Shown: piece by piece, positions 52,466 to 64,000 of the stretch
Layout of the letters: each line of letters starts with the position of its first letter
How positions within the stretch are numbered: position 1 is the first letter of the stretch
Source of the DNA: Octopus vulgaris
Taxonomy: Eukaryota
Length of the DNA: 64,000 nucleotides
Assembly (NCBI GenBank): GCA_951406725.2
Contig: OX597820.1
Location: 70,742,001 to 70,806,000, forward strand
Direction of reading: 5' to 3'
The notes under the pieces: generated by a model
What the model was told of the DNA's origin: nothing
What the model saw: the letters and a program-made list of their open reading frames with translations, nothing else
Databases searched by the model: none
Translations under genes and position numbers: made by a program

Positions 52466-52935
52466 GAGGTGCGTGGCTTAATAGTTGGTGTGTTGGACTT
52501 ATGTTCGTAAGATTGTAGTTTCGATTCCTGGACCAGACTATGTGTTGTGTTCTTGACGTTGGTCCAGTCACTTTTGACGTTGCTCCAGTCACTCAACTTC
52601 TTTGACGTTGCTCCAGTCACTCAACTTCTTTGACGTTGCTCCAGTCACCCAACTTCTTTGACGTTGCTTCAGTCACTTTTGACGTTGCTCCAGTCACCCA
52701 ACTTCTTTGACGTTGCTTCAGTCACTTTTGACGTTGCTCCAGTCACTCAAATTCTTTGACATTATTCCAGTCACTTTTGACGTTGCTCCAGTCACTCAAC
52801 TTCTTTGACGTCGCTCCAGTCACTCAACTTCTTTTGACGTTGCTCCAGTCACTCAACAAAAATGAGTAAACCTGAAATAAACTGGCGTCCTTTCCAGGGT
52901 TATGATATACGCCGTATAAGCCTATATGACTCGAG
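52466..52935 (+). mobile_element. SINE family C with an internal minisatellite expansion (52552-52857)
   Basis: About 12 units of ttgacgttgctccagtcac(tcaacttct), in ~21- and 28-bp forms. Confidence 0.85.
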
Positions 52936-55900
52936 AAAGAGTTCTATCCTATCCATTTTTTCATAGAGGGTGTGATTTGAGCTAATTTTGCTTCTGTTTC
53001 TAGCAGTTCAAGCACCACATAGTTGTTCCATTATCGGTTCGTGTGTCGAAGGTGTTTATGCTTTTTGGCAACCAACACCAGATTGGTTGGAAGCATGTAC
53101 ACATATTTATCGCTAATCAAAGCCTGTTACCCCATGTTACATCATTTGACGAGAATCTTCCCTGCAAAACGAGCGCGAGCATTCTAGTAATTGCTGTTTT
53201 GTTGTTAATTTGCTTTTGCTTTTAATTTAAAGTGTTTTCGAAGCAAAATTACCATATATAATTTCCAAAATGCCAATAAAGGTGCCAAGAATCCTCATTT
53301 TATCAAACTTTAAGGAATTCTCTTGATGTTTTTCGTTTGTTTGTTGTTTTTCTTTTATTAGTTTGAAGAATTGATATGCTCGTCGAGGCTCGTGTTATAT
53401 TCACACGAGCAATTTTCTGTTTTTTTAGTTTTATTTTTTTGCTATGCCTTAAATTCACTGCATCAGCTCTACACTGAACAGTTATATGGCTGTGTTGAGG
53501 TATGAAGCAGCTTTGTAACTACATGGTTCCAGTTTTAATTTCATTACACGGTACTTTAAGCAGGTGTCTCCTTACGTGGCCTGGGACCAATCAAAGCTGA
53601 TAACTATTTGGAAATCCGTCCGTGAAAACTGTCTTGTTTAACAGCGCTACGTTGCCCCTGTGTGCCATTAGTGAAGAACATTTCTTTGCAAGCATTCAAG
53701 TCAGGTATCTGAAAAATGTTATGAGTTCAACTTTTCTACTCTAACCAAGCCATTAGAAAAATAATCCGTGACATAAATGTATCTGAGCCCGCGAAATGAG
53801 GTAAGTTGTGCTTTGAACCAGCAATCCAATCTCGTAAAAGAGGAGCAGCTCCAGAATGCTATTTGTAATACCCATGGAAGGAAGGGGATAATAGACATGT
53901 TCAAGCAATGACAGACTTTAACGAAAGCCGAATGGACATGAGAGAGGCCAAAATCACATGAACGGATACAGAGAAAACTACACCCAATAGAAAATAGTGA
54001 CATCAACTTACTGTCCAATGAAATCGAGAGGTCTTGACACTAAGTCTTAAAACAACGGATAAAGTGTCACATTTTACTCTTATTCAAGAAGAAAAGGGTG
54101 ACACCAATGACTTTTTTTAGGTCCTCTGAATAGTGAGGAAAGGAGAAAGTAATTCTTAAAACTGGTTCGAATATTTGTAACAGAGTAAACATCGCTGAAA
54201 TCCCCAATTGATCATCTGATAGTGTTAAACAGGGCGACAGATTAAATCTACCACTCGACTCAGCTCGCAATGAGCCGGGAAAATACTACAAGAAAACCTC
54301 CTTTGACACTCAAACAATTTCGTCTCTCCACTACTCTGAACTGATACATTATTTAATTGACCCCGAAAAGATGAAAAATAAAGTTGACATGGTTGAGACT
54401 TGAACTCAGAATGCAGAGAGCCAGAACAAATACCATAAATCATTTTATCCGACCCTTCTAACAATTCCTCCAATTTATCACCCTAAAGTGGTTCTTTAAT
54501 TTACCAACCTCGAAAGAATGGAAAGTAAAGTTGATTTAGACAGAATCTAAACTCAAAGCGCATAAAGCCGGAATAAATACTACTTTTCCCTCGAAATGGT
54601 TCTTTCAAATCAATTGTTAAACACAAATGTCTGATCTGGAGTTAATAACTTACAATGCCTGCTTTAATATAAAAACTGAGCGGTATTTTAGGGTATTACA
54701 TTAAAATATTACACTTCACTAGTACCTAAGTAGACAGTCATTAATTAAGGTAAAAACCAGGAATCCAATGGAACTGGTGAAGAGAAGTATCGATAATAAT
54801 TAATGTGAGAGTGATGACATAGATTTTGTACATTTCAATAGGTACATCTTGCTCTTCGTCACAGACGATTGCCAAGATCTCGAAACGCAAGATTCTTCAC
54901 TTTTTCATTGCAATTAAAATGAATGAACTCTTTTGTGGAGTCAGCTTTGAATTGTTTCCAAACAATGGAAGGGTACCATATCAGCACTGAATAGGGAACA
55001 CTAGTAAACTCTTAAAATGTACAGCGCTTTCACCTCTAATAGAGCAAGTTATCTACTTACAACATCCATGCCTTCCAGCGAGTCCTAAAAACGTTCCCTA
55101 CAGTTGCTAGAAATAACAACCAACTTTTCCATAAATCATAGACAATAATCTTAAATAAGGACTCATTGGACAATTCATTACAAAAAGATAGAATGCTAAA
55201 ACGCCTTTGAATATAGTTTTTCGGTTTTACCAGGGGGCCAAACAAGAGCAAACACAATAATGAATTCTATGATATATATGAAATAAAACCTCCTTAAACT
55301 AGAAACCCTAAAATAAGTATTACCCTCGTCATAATTAAAATCTCCATGGAAGACAATTATGAAATAGCAATATGTGTTATGACACAAAAATCAAAGTACC
55401 ATAAACCAAGAAATCAAGAACCCTTTAACAAGTCCAACCCTTCGAGAATGAAGGACAGTTTAGAAAAACAAAATCAAAGATAAAAAGGAAGTGACAGAGA
55501 AAAAACAAGTATATAAAGCATATATTCCCTTCATCAGCTACCTAGCGGATATCATTATTGTTTCGACACTTTGGCAGTAGCATTAAATACGGCGATGTCA
55601 ACAGAGTTAAAAGAATAAACGCTGTCTGGGAATTAATAGACTAGTAGGACCGAAATATCAATGCAATATGTCAATTACCTCTACACCTGCTTTTTATTAC
55701 AAATACAAACATAAAATCTCAAACATAAATCATTTCATACCAATAACTACGAAGCTATATAGGTATATGTTTACAAGCAAGTGATAAATTCGATTTTGAA
55801 TTAAAGGTTATTTCTTGTGCCAAGATGCAAACCAATGTTACGTGGTTAGCAGGCTACTACACTAATAATTATAGTCTCCGACTCTGCATTTTATAGTACA

Positions 55901-56607
55901 CTGAAGCTATGTTATTTCCCACATTAATCAAGTACAATAAATAATAGTGAGAAACATGACCTCCCAGAATTAAAATTAAATTCTGAGATGTCGGTAATTT
56001 GGAATTTACTGAGTGGGGCATGAATGGAAGATTTTGGCAAGTGATAACTTTTTTATTTAGTTATCGAAGCCGTTTGCATTATTTCTTCCGACTCCTTATT
56101 CTATGAATTCAAATCACACCAAGTTCAACTTTGCCTTTCTTCCAAGCTCGGGGCCATAAAACAAAGTACCACCCAAGTACTGGTGTCCGGTGGTGTCTAC
56201 TGACCTTCCTCTCCTCGAAATATCTGCCTTGTGCCCAAAATATCATTCCTTAGTTTACTACTTTTAGACATTGGACTGGGACCATGGTGGGGTACTGGTC
56301 TCAGGGGTTTGTGTAAAACATGTTGAGCCAAGTAGTTATTCTAGCCTCATACTTATTACGCCATTTTTACAATGAAATGTTTTTTACACGTGTAAACATA
56401 AATACACTTTCATATACTATATATATATATATCGAAGCATTGGCGCAAAACAGTGTTTAGGTATGAGTAGAATTTAGGGTAGTTGAAATATATGTTTGTC
56501 ACATATTTCAACTGCTAAAAGGCAAATAAACTGTAGTTACCGTGGGGAAATTTTTCTCTTGTGGTAACAAGATGTGAAAACACCCGGTTCGTGCAGAACT
56601 GTTAAGA

Positions 56608-56656
56608 ATCTCAGACATCGATGTTTCGAGTTTTATTTTATTCTTGTCAATGAGAT
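56608..56656 (-). ncRNA. Type-I hammerhead ribozyme, U3:A8 core variant
   Basis: atctca-TTGACAA-gaat(aaaataaa)actc-GAAA-catcgatg-TC-tgagat; sister copies have gagt, restoring stem II. Confidence 0.7.
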
Positions 56657-56678
56657 GTACCTAAGAGAGACAATTCTG

Positions 56679-56995
56679 TTCTATATTTAAGAGATGAGGA
56701 ATTATGTACATTATTTATATTTGATGGATATTTCTCCTCATCTTCTTTGTTGTTAACACAACGTTTCGGCTGATATACCCTCCAACCTTCATCAGGTGTC
56801 TTGGGGAAATTTCGAACCTGGTTTCTCACTCCTAAAGTATTTTTCATTGTTATTATTATTATTATTATTATTATTCAGGTCACTGCCTGGAATTGAACTC
56901 GGAATATTAGGGTTAGTAGCCCGCGCACTTAAGCACTACGCTATATGCCCACGGGCATATGGCGTAGTAGTTAATGCAAATGATGTAAATAATGT
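56679..56995 (-). mobile_element. tRNA-like head plus HHR module (PLE 3' region) with 13-bp TSD
   Basis: AGAGACAATTCTG at 56666-56678 and 56996-57008; tRNA-like 56878-56950; same sequence as the PLE 3' ends at 8570-8800 and 9690-9890. Confidence 0.85.
56755..56800 (-). ncRNA. Minimal type-I hammerhead ribozyme, intact core
   Basis: gacac-CTGATGA-a-ggttg(gagggtatat)cagcc-GAAA-cg-TT-gtgtt; loopless palindromic ACGT stem III. Confidence 0.8.
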
Positions 56996-57562
56996 AGAGA
57001 CAATTCTGAACGGACTTAATAAACCTGTAGCTTTATATATAATTCAGTCAACACGTTGAGTGATTTGCACTAGTAGATCACCTGACCAAGGTAAATAACG
57101 ATGCATTGCGCAAAGCAGTGTTTCGGTATGAGCAGAATTTAGGCTAGTTGAAATATGTTTGTCACTTGTTTCAACTGCTAAAAAAACAAATACACTGCAG
57201 TTACTGTGGAGAAATATGTCTCTTATGGTAAAAAGGTGTGAAAACACCCAGTTCGTTCAATGTCACCATCTGTTAGGAATCTCAGACATCGATGTTTCGT
57301 GTTGTTTTACTCGGGCGATCTACGAGTGTAAATCAGTCAACGTTTTGACAGAATTATATATAAAGCTGCCTCTCTTAGGCACATCTCATTGACAAGAGTC
57401 AAAAGACATCGATGTCTGAGATTCCTAATAGATGGCAACACTGAATGAATTAAGTGTTTTCACACCTTTTTACGATAAGAGAGATTTTTCTCCATGGTAA
57501 TTGCTGTGTATTCGCCTTTTAGCAGTTGTAATACGTGACAAACATTTCAAATAACCTAAATT

Positions 57563-57620
<58 letters not shown>

Positions 57621-58408
57621 ATGATGATGATGATGATGATATATATAATTGGATGATTTACTACTTCCGAGGTTCCGCTAGTTATCAAACATATGTAGCC
57701 TAGATTTTATTTATTCCATTCCCTAATTTTAGGTTATGTGTGTGTGTGCTTGCGTGTGTGTGTGTGTGTATGTATGTCTATATGTATACATACATACATA
57801 TCTGTACATGTATATATATATATATATGTATATGTGTGTGTGTATAGACATACGCAAACACAACACAACACACACACCAGCCCTCTTCCACACGCACATA
57901 CAAACTCTCTTATACACACGTACGCGCACCTTCGTTTTGGGATCAACACTACTCTATTATCTCCCGTTCTCTCTAGCTCTCCTGACTTTTATAATTTGTA
58001 TTCTTATCTTATTTGTATTCAATTATAAGATATATATGTATCCTATTGATGTTCTCATTTTGTTAAATGAATAAATAATCCAACATTGTAATATCCGTGT
58101 GTAATATCTGTGTGTATTTACGGCGGACTTCTTCAAAGTTTCTGTTTGTCTAATTCTGGTCACGGGCTAAAGTAGACCACTTACCCAAACTGTCACATGC
58201 AGTCAAATCGGACCTGGATCCTCGTGGCTGCAAAGCGAACACTTTCGCCACACGATTGTTTTTATATCAAGCTATAACAATACCATTAGGTTTCCATGTT
58301 GTTATCTCAATAATTATCGTTTCCCTCTCTGAGGTTGTTTATCTACATATATGCTTGTATGTGTCTGTGTGTATACATAAGAACAAATATGTGTGCGTAT
58401 GCATTTAT

Positions 58409-58468
<60 letters not shown>

Positions 58469-58506
58469 ACTTAATAGATCTACTCGATCAGGGACGGCCT
58501 GGGGCG

Positions 58507-58536
<30 letters not shown>

Positions 58537-58539
<3 letters not shown>

Positions 58540-58779
58540 TGCATACACACACATGCACACGCAAACACACACATATATATATATGCATAAATATATATTT
58601 ACGTATATATATGTATATAAATTACATATTACGTATATATATGTATATAATATATATATGTATGTATATATATATATATATATACACATATATATACATA
58701 TATATATATACATATTTATACGTATATATACGTAATATGCAATTTATATACATATATATACGTAAATATATTTTTATGC

Positions 58780-58830
<51 letters not shown>

Positions 58831-58852
58831 TGTCTGCATGTGTGTGTATGCA

Positions 58853-58856
<4 letters not shown>
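58537..58856. repeat. Inverted duplication of a compound microsatellite
   Basis: aggtgcatacac...ttacgtata...attacatattacg mirrored at ~58715-58856; 58465-58508 mirrored at ~59025-59068. Confidence 0.75.
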
Positions 58857-58898
<42 letters not shown>

Positions 58899-60130
58899 TA
58901 TTTGTGTACATACATATATATATATGTGTGTGTGTGTGTATACACACATACACGCACGCAAGCCTGAATTTTCTTCAGATTAGTTCCATCTAATAGATTA
59001 TGGTTAAGGCTTTTGTTATCTTTATTTTATCCCAGGTCGTCCCTGATCGAGTCGATCTATTAAGTCTTTTGATCAAATGCCAATCCAATCGAGATCATTT
59101 GTTCTGTTTTGTTTTATCACGCTTAACAACCTTATAAAATACTGGATGGCCACAGCCGGAATGCTTTTGATCACACATCTAATCCATCATTGGTTAATCT
59201 AGATCTAAACGACGACAATTCTATACAGCAGAGTTTTTTTTTCCTTTTCTCTATTTTCTTTGTGCCTTTTCCAGAGAATTATATCAAGACTATTATGTTT
59301 GAATTGTTTTGTTATTAGGTTGATAAAATCCAGAGTTATTCTTTATTGCATTCTTATCATTGTAACTTCTATGTTATTTCCTTGAAATGTAGCCCCTACT
59401 AATTTCATCTAACAGTATTTTATTGTAGATGTGTATTACAAATATAGCAGCCATAGCCGTGTGGCTAAGATTTCACTACGAGTTCGATTCCACTTCTTAG
59501 CACCTTTCGCAAGTGTTTCTGTAGTATTGGGTTTAATAATGTCATGTGACAGAAAATTTGTAAGCAAAAATTCTGTGATTCAAAAAGCTAACAAACAGAA
59601 TATTTAAGGGTATACTTTTTTCTCCCTTTGAAGAGATTAAGCTCAGAAATATGATTTTAATACTTATTTTACTTCCCTAAGCTTAATTGAAACAGCTGTA
59701 AGGGATAATGATTGATGATTTGCTGATAATAAACTCTTGTTAACTTCAATATCTCCATTTTCTTATTCTTCATTTGCATGATTATAAACCGTGGTTTATA
59801 TATAAACTTATTATTTTATGGGTATTAACCTCCCCAAAAAATATTAGGCATTGAGCCAGTATTTCTTTGGATGATACAATCCCTTAATGAGGCCAACATA
59901 ACCTCTATTTCAATTGTGTGTTTGCGTGTGTGTATCACCATATTGAACCATTAATCCCTACACATTTTTTCCATTTTCTTTTTCGATCTCTCCTTTTTTC
60001 CCTCTCAGTCATTTCTGCTGAGGAGCGTAGAAGTCGAAACGTCAAAGACGTTTCCTTTCTTCCTGAGCGCCAAACTAATACAACTGCTTGCTGTTCCTAT
60101 ACCAGGGTTTCGTCTTTGGTTTTCTGCAAA

Positions 60131-60253
<123 letters not shown>

Positions 60254-60751
60254 TTAAAGCGGCATTGTATTATCACAGTCAAATGACTGAAACAAATAAA
60301 TGATATAAATTATATGTGTGCAAGTGTTTGTCTGTGTATCCTTTGTTTAAACGACCTTTCCGTGTTGTCGCTTTAAAAAAATAAGAAGACAAATAATTAA
60401 CGGACTGTGTTATCAGGCTTATATATTCTGCTGATCAGATTAGCGAATTAATAATACCACTGATCGATGAAGTCATCAACAGACAAGATAAATGAGGTTC
60501 TTGAATTAGTTTTTGTCGCTGTGGTCGTCTGATGCTTGTGTGTGTGTAAGATAGAGAGAAAGTGTGTGTGTGTGTGTACGCGCGCCAATGTGTGTTTCTG
60601 TCTGTTTGTCGGCACATTGATATAGGTGACGGTGTTTGCTGGAGTGTTTTCGTTTGTTTGCTTATTTACTATCACTGGAGGTCTCGTAAACATTATTTAA
60701 AAATATGTAATCATTATTATATCCATAGAGAAATCTGTCTGTCTGCAATTC

Positions 60752-60782
<31 letters not shown>

Positions 60783-60822
60783 TTTCTGCTTCAGTGTGTA
60801 TGTATTTATATAAATATGTATT

Positions 60823-61102
60823 TACTCTTTTATTCTTTTTCTTGTTTCGGACATATGACTATGGTCATGCTGGAGCACTGCCTTGAAGGGTTTTAGTCGA
60901 ACCCAGAATCGAACCCAGAACTTATTTTTTAAAGCCTAATGCTTATTCTATCAATCACTTTTGCCGAACCGCTAAGTTACGGGGACATAAGCACTCCAAC
61001 ACCGGTTGTCAAGCGGTGATGGGGGAAAGAAAGACAGACACAAAGACACACAGAGATACATACATGCACACAGATACACATACGTATGTATATATATATA
61101 TG

Positions 61103-61144
<42 letters not shown>

Positions 61145-61168
61145 TCTGTATATATATATATATATTTA

Positions 61169-61211
<43 letters not shown>

Positions 61212-61454
61212 GTATGTATTATGTATACATATATATGTGTGTGTGTATAAAGAAAAAGGAGGCAGTCAGAATTTTGGAGAATTCTTTATTAGCGCTTTCA
61301 TTCATTTAACCGAACTCTTCAAGATAAAGCTATTTTGGTTTTATCTTGAAGAGTTCGGTTAAACAAATGAAAGCGTCAATAAAGAATTATAAAGAATCCA
61401 AAATCTTGACTGACTCCTTTTTCTTAATATATAATATCTGTACACTACTTCAAA

Positions 61455-61516
<62 letters not shown>

Positions 61517-61676
61517 CGGGCTTCTTTCAGTTTCCGTCTGCCAAATCCAATCGGAAGGCTCTGGTCGACCCAAGACTATAGTAGAAGACACTAACCCAAG
61601 GTGCCACGCAGTGGGACTGAACCCAGAACCAAGTAGTTGAGAAGCAAGCTTCTTATCACACAGTCACTCCTGCGCC
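60823..61676 (-). mobile_element. SINE family A whose internal microsatellite hosts an inverted HHR-like pair
   Basis: Tail 60823-61060, head 61516-61676; insert 61248-61426. Confidence 0.85.
61284..61329 (-). ncRNA. HHR-like fold with a 1-nt core insertion
   Basis: ctttat-CTTGAAGA-gttc(ggttaaat)gaat-GAAA-gcgc-TA-ataaag; inverted sister at 61339-61385. Confidence 0.5.
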
Positions 61677-62099
61677 TTTACAAAATGGGAAGAAACTGAT
61701 GAATCTCCATTCTTTAGATTCCTGTTAAGAAAACTTACGAATAAATATTCGCTTTTCTCAGTTGAATTTTTTATGTTGCCTGCTAGCGTGTTCATACTGT
61801 CAGTTATATTTTGCTTTCAATAGATTTGGGAATCCATCTGCCATGTGGTTTCGAAGCAAACTCCTTAGCACACAGCCACACATACGCGTGCGTATGTACA
61901 TATAAATATATTTCGTATACAATGTACACTCAAGTAACAGAACAGAGTGAAATAACTACAATTAGGTGATTCTTTACGTAAAACTCCATAAGGAACGGGC
62001 TCTTCAAAATCTAAATAGCGTACCTCCAAACATCCTACTTAAATAACCTACTTACCGTACCAAATAACGTACCTTCAATCACGAGAGTCCTCATTGTTG

Positions 62100-62460
62100 T
62101 CTGATAGCCTGTGTCCCTTAATGACTCTGAGAGCTATGGCAGCAGGGCCAGAACTCCTATTATGCTTCTTATGCTGAACAGGTCAATGAATATAGGGCAG
62201 AGTAATACGGACCACCACTTCCCAGAGATAAGAATGGGTGTGCATAGGGTTAATACCCCTACCTAGATAAAAGCGAAGTTACAGAAGCATCGATGAAAAT
62301 TCAAAAACCTGAGAGAGACGGTCTTACGCGGTGCAACAAAATCCGATAGGCAAGTGCAAGACCGACTCCTTTACTAACCACCAGGAGAAAGCCCAGAGAC
62401 GAGAACAGTGGAGAAAAGTCTTTTATGGCCACTGTTCCATAGAGAATGGAGAGCTTAAGT
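62100..62460 (+). mobile_element. Possible internally deleted RTE-group element (5' UTR-like part joined to 3' end)
   Basis: KAQRREQWRKVFYGHCS resembles the RTE C-terminal AQDRxxWR...LCS motif. Confidence 0.45.
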
Positions 62461-62603
62461 GGCTTACCTACTCCCTACTTATTTCTGTTCTAGCCTGCAT
62501 ACATATTCATCCTAGATCCCAAACTTCTCTAGAGAGAAAATCATCCCTCCTAGTTTCATCGTACTTTATATTTCCACGTCTGATTTTGTTTCTCACGTAT
62601 ACC

Positions 62604-62846
62604 TTACTCTTTTACTTGTTTCAGTCATTTGACCGTGGCCATGCTGGAGCACCGCCTTTAGTCGAGCAAATCGACCCCAGGACTCATTCTTTGTAAGCTT
62701 AGTACTCATTCTGTCGGTCCCTTTTGCCGAACCGCTAAGTTACGGAACGTAAACACACCACCATCGGTTGTCAAGCGATGTTGGGGGGACAAACACAGAC
62801 ACACAAACATATACACACATATACATATATATGAAAGAAACCTGTC

Positions 62847-62892
<46 letters not shown>

Positions 62893-63055
62893 ATATATAT
62901 ACGACGGGTTTCTTTCAGTTTCCGTCTACTCACAAGGCTTTGGTCGGCTCGAGGCTATAGTAGAAGACACTTGCCCAAGGTGCCACGCAGTGGGACTGAA
63001 CCCGAAACCATGTGGTTCGTAAGCAAATTACTTACCACACAGCCACTCCTGCGCC
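62604..63055 (-). mobile_element. SINE family A, full length
   Basis: High identity to 47290-47706. Confidence 0.92.
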
Positions 63056-63669
63056 TTCATCAATTTTACCCAGAATAATATCTAAGGTGTACAAGTTACT
63101 TCCATTTTTAGTATGCAATGTAAAAAGATAAAAGCGGTTGATTGAACGAATGATTGAGGCTATGGTGGGTTGTGAGTCCTTTTTCTTTAATCGATCTTGA
63201 ATAAATGCCATGATGAAAGTTCACTCTGGTGGACTTCCAATTCTAAACAATGAACCACAGAACAAGGTCTATTCACACTCTCTACTACTTCAATCAATGG
63301 TTCAAACACTGCTTTTGTCGTCTTCGTTGTCGTCGTCGTGGTTATCGTCGTCCTTGTTGAGGCACAAGTTTGTAGACATTTAAAAATGCGTGTGTGTGTG
63401 TGTGTGTGTGTGTATGTATTTGCTATTCAGGTGGAAAGAAGTGGTGATATACTAAATATAATTCACATAGAAGTAGGTGATGAAGTATTGAATTATATCA
63501 TCATCGTTATAATCGTCATTGTTATCATCATCATCATCATCATCGTCATAATCATCATCATCGTCATCATCATCATCATCAGTCACTGGACAAAACTGTC
63601 ACGAGTTCTAGAACTTATAGTGTTGTTTATCAGGTTTCATGGTGTTTAACAGACCTAGATCATAACATT

Positions 63670-63800
63670 CCCTCTGAACGAAACACCAGTCCGTTGCAGG
63701 TTACACATTTACAGCTTAGGGAACTGGAGCAACGTGAAGAACACAACGAAACGCCCGGTCCGGAATCGAAATTCCAATTTTGCAATTGTGAGTGCAACAT
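63670..63800 (-). mobile_element. SINE family C, diverged
   Basis: actggagcaacgtgaagaacacaacgaaacgcccggtccggaatcgaaa...ctaaccatt. Confidence 0.7.
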
Positions 63801-64000
63801 ACTAACCATTAATCCACGCGAATGCGTAAAAAAAAATATTTAACGAGCTACAAATTGCTTTTTAATTAGAGAAAAAAAAAAGAAGCAAAAACTAGCGGCA
63901 GATGTTAGCGACTCACAAACAGGAAGGGGAGGTAATTACATAAACTTAAAAAGTAATTTTGCAGAAACCGACTTTTCATGATTTGGAGAGTGGATGAGGA

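Larger units (their letters stand above)
56435..57565. mobile_element. Cluster of three copies of the U3:A8 HHR element (minus ~56435-56670, minus ~57100-57313, plus ~57370-57565)
   Basis: ~200-bp direct and inverted repeats; outer ends abut (TA)n. Confidence 0.82.

Noticed and set aside
52552-52857. CRISPR-like array
   Set aside because: No unique spacers, eukaryotic context, derived from a SINE

Overview
AT-rich, repeat-saturated eukaryotic intergenic or intronic DNA. The SINE families and microsatellite load suggest an octopod cephalopod (inference). No credible host protein-coding exon was found, and most ORF-track entries are translated microsatellites or SINE read-throughs. Recognisable content: three tRNA-headed SINE families (dozens of copies), decayed Tc1, mariner and maT-like DNA transposons, a non-autonomous Helitron, LINE remnants (CR1-group, Tx1/L1, RTE, R4/Dong-type RLE) and Penelope-like element (PLE) GIY-YIG remnants. 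The main discovery is about ten unrelated families of short (roughly 150-450 bp) elements carrying minimal type-I hammerhead ribozyme (HHR) folds with palindromic stem III. Many are anchored by their 3' ends in (TA)n tracts and occur as head-to-head inverted pairs. They include canonical C3:G8 cores, a G3:C8 core swap, a U3:A8 core swap, and one module that joins a tRNA-like Pol III promoter to an HHR and is flanked by a 13-bp target-site duplication. All folds were read by eye and coordinates are approximate. Catalytic activity and novelty are untested.
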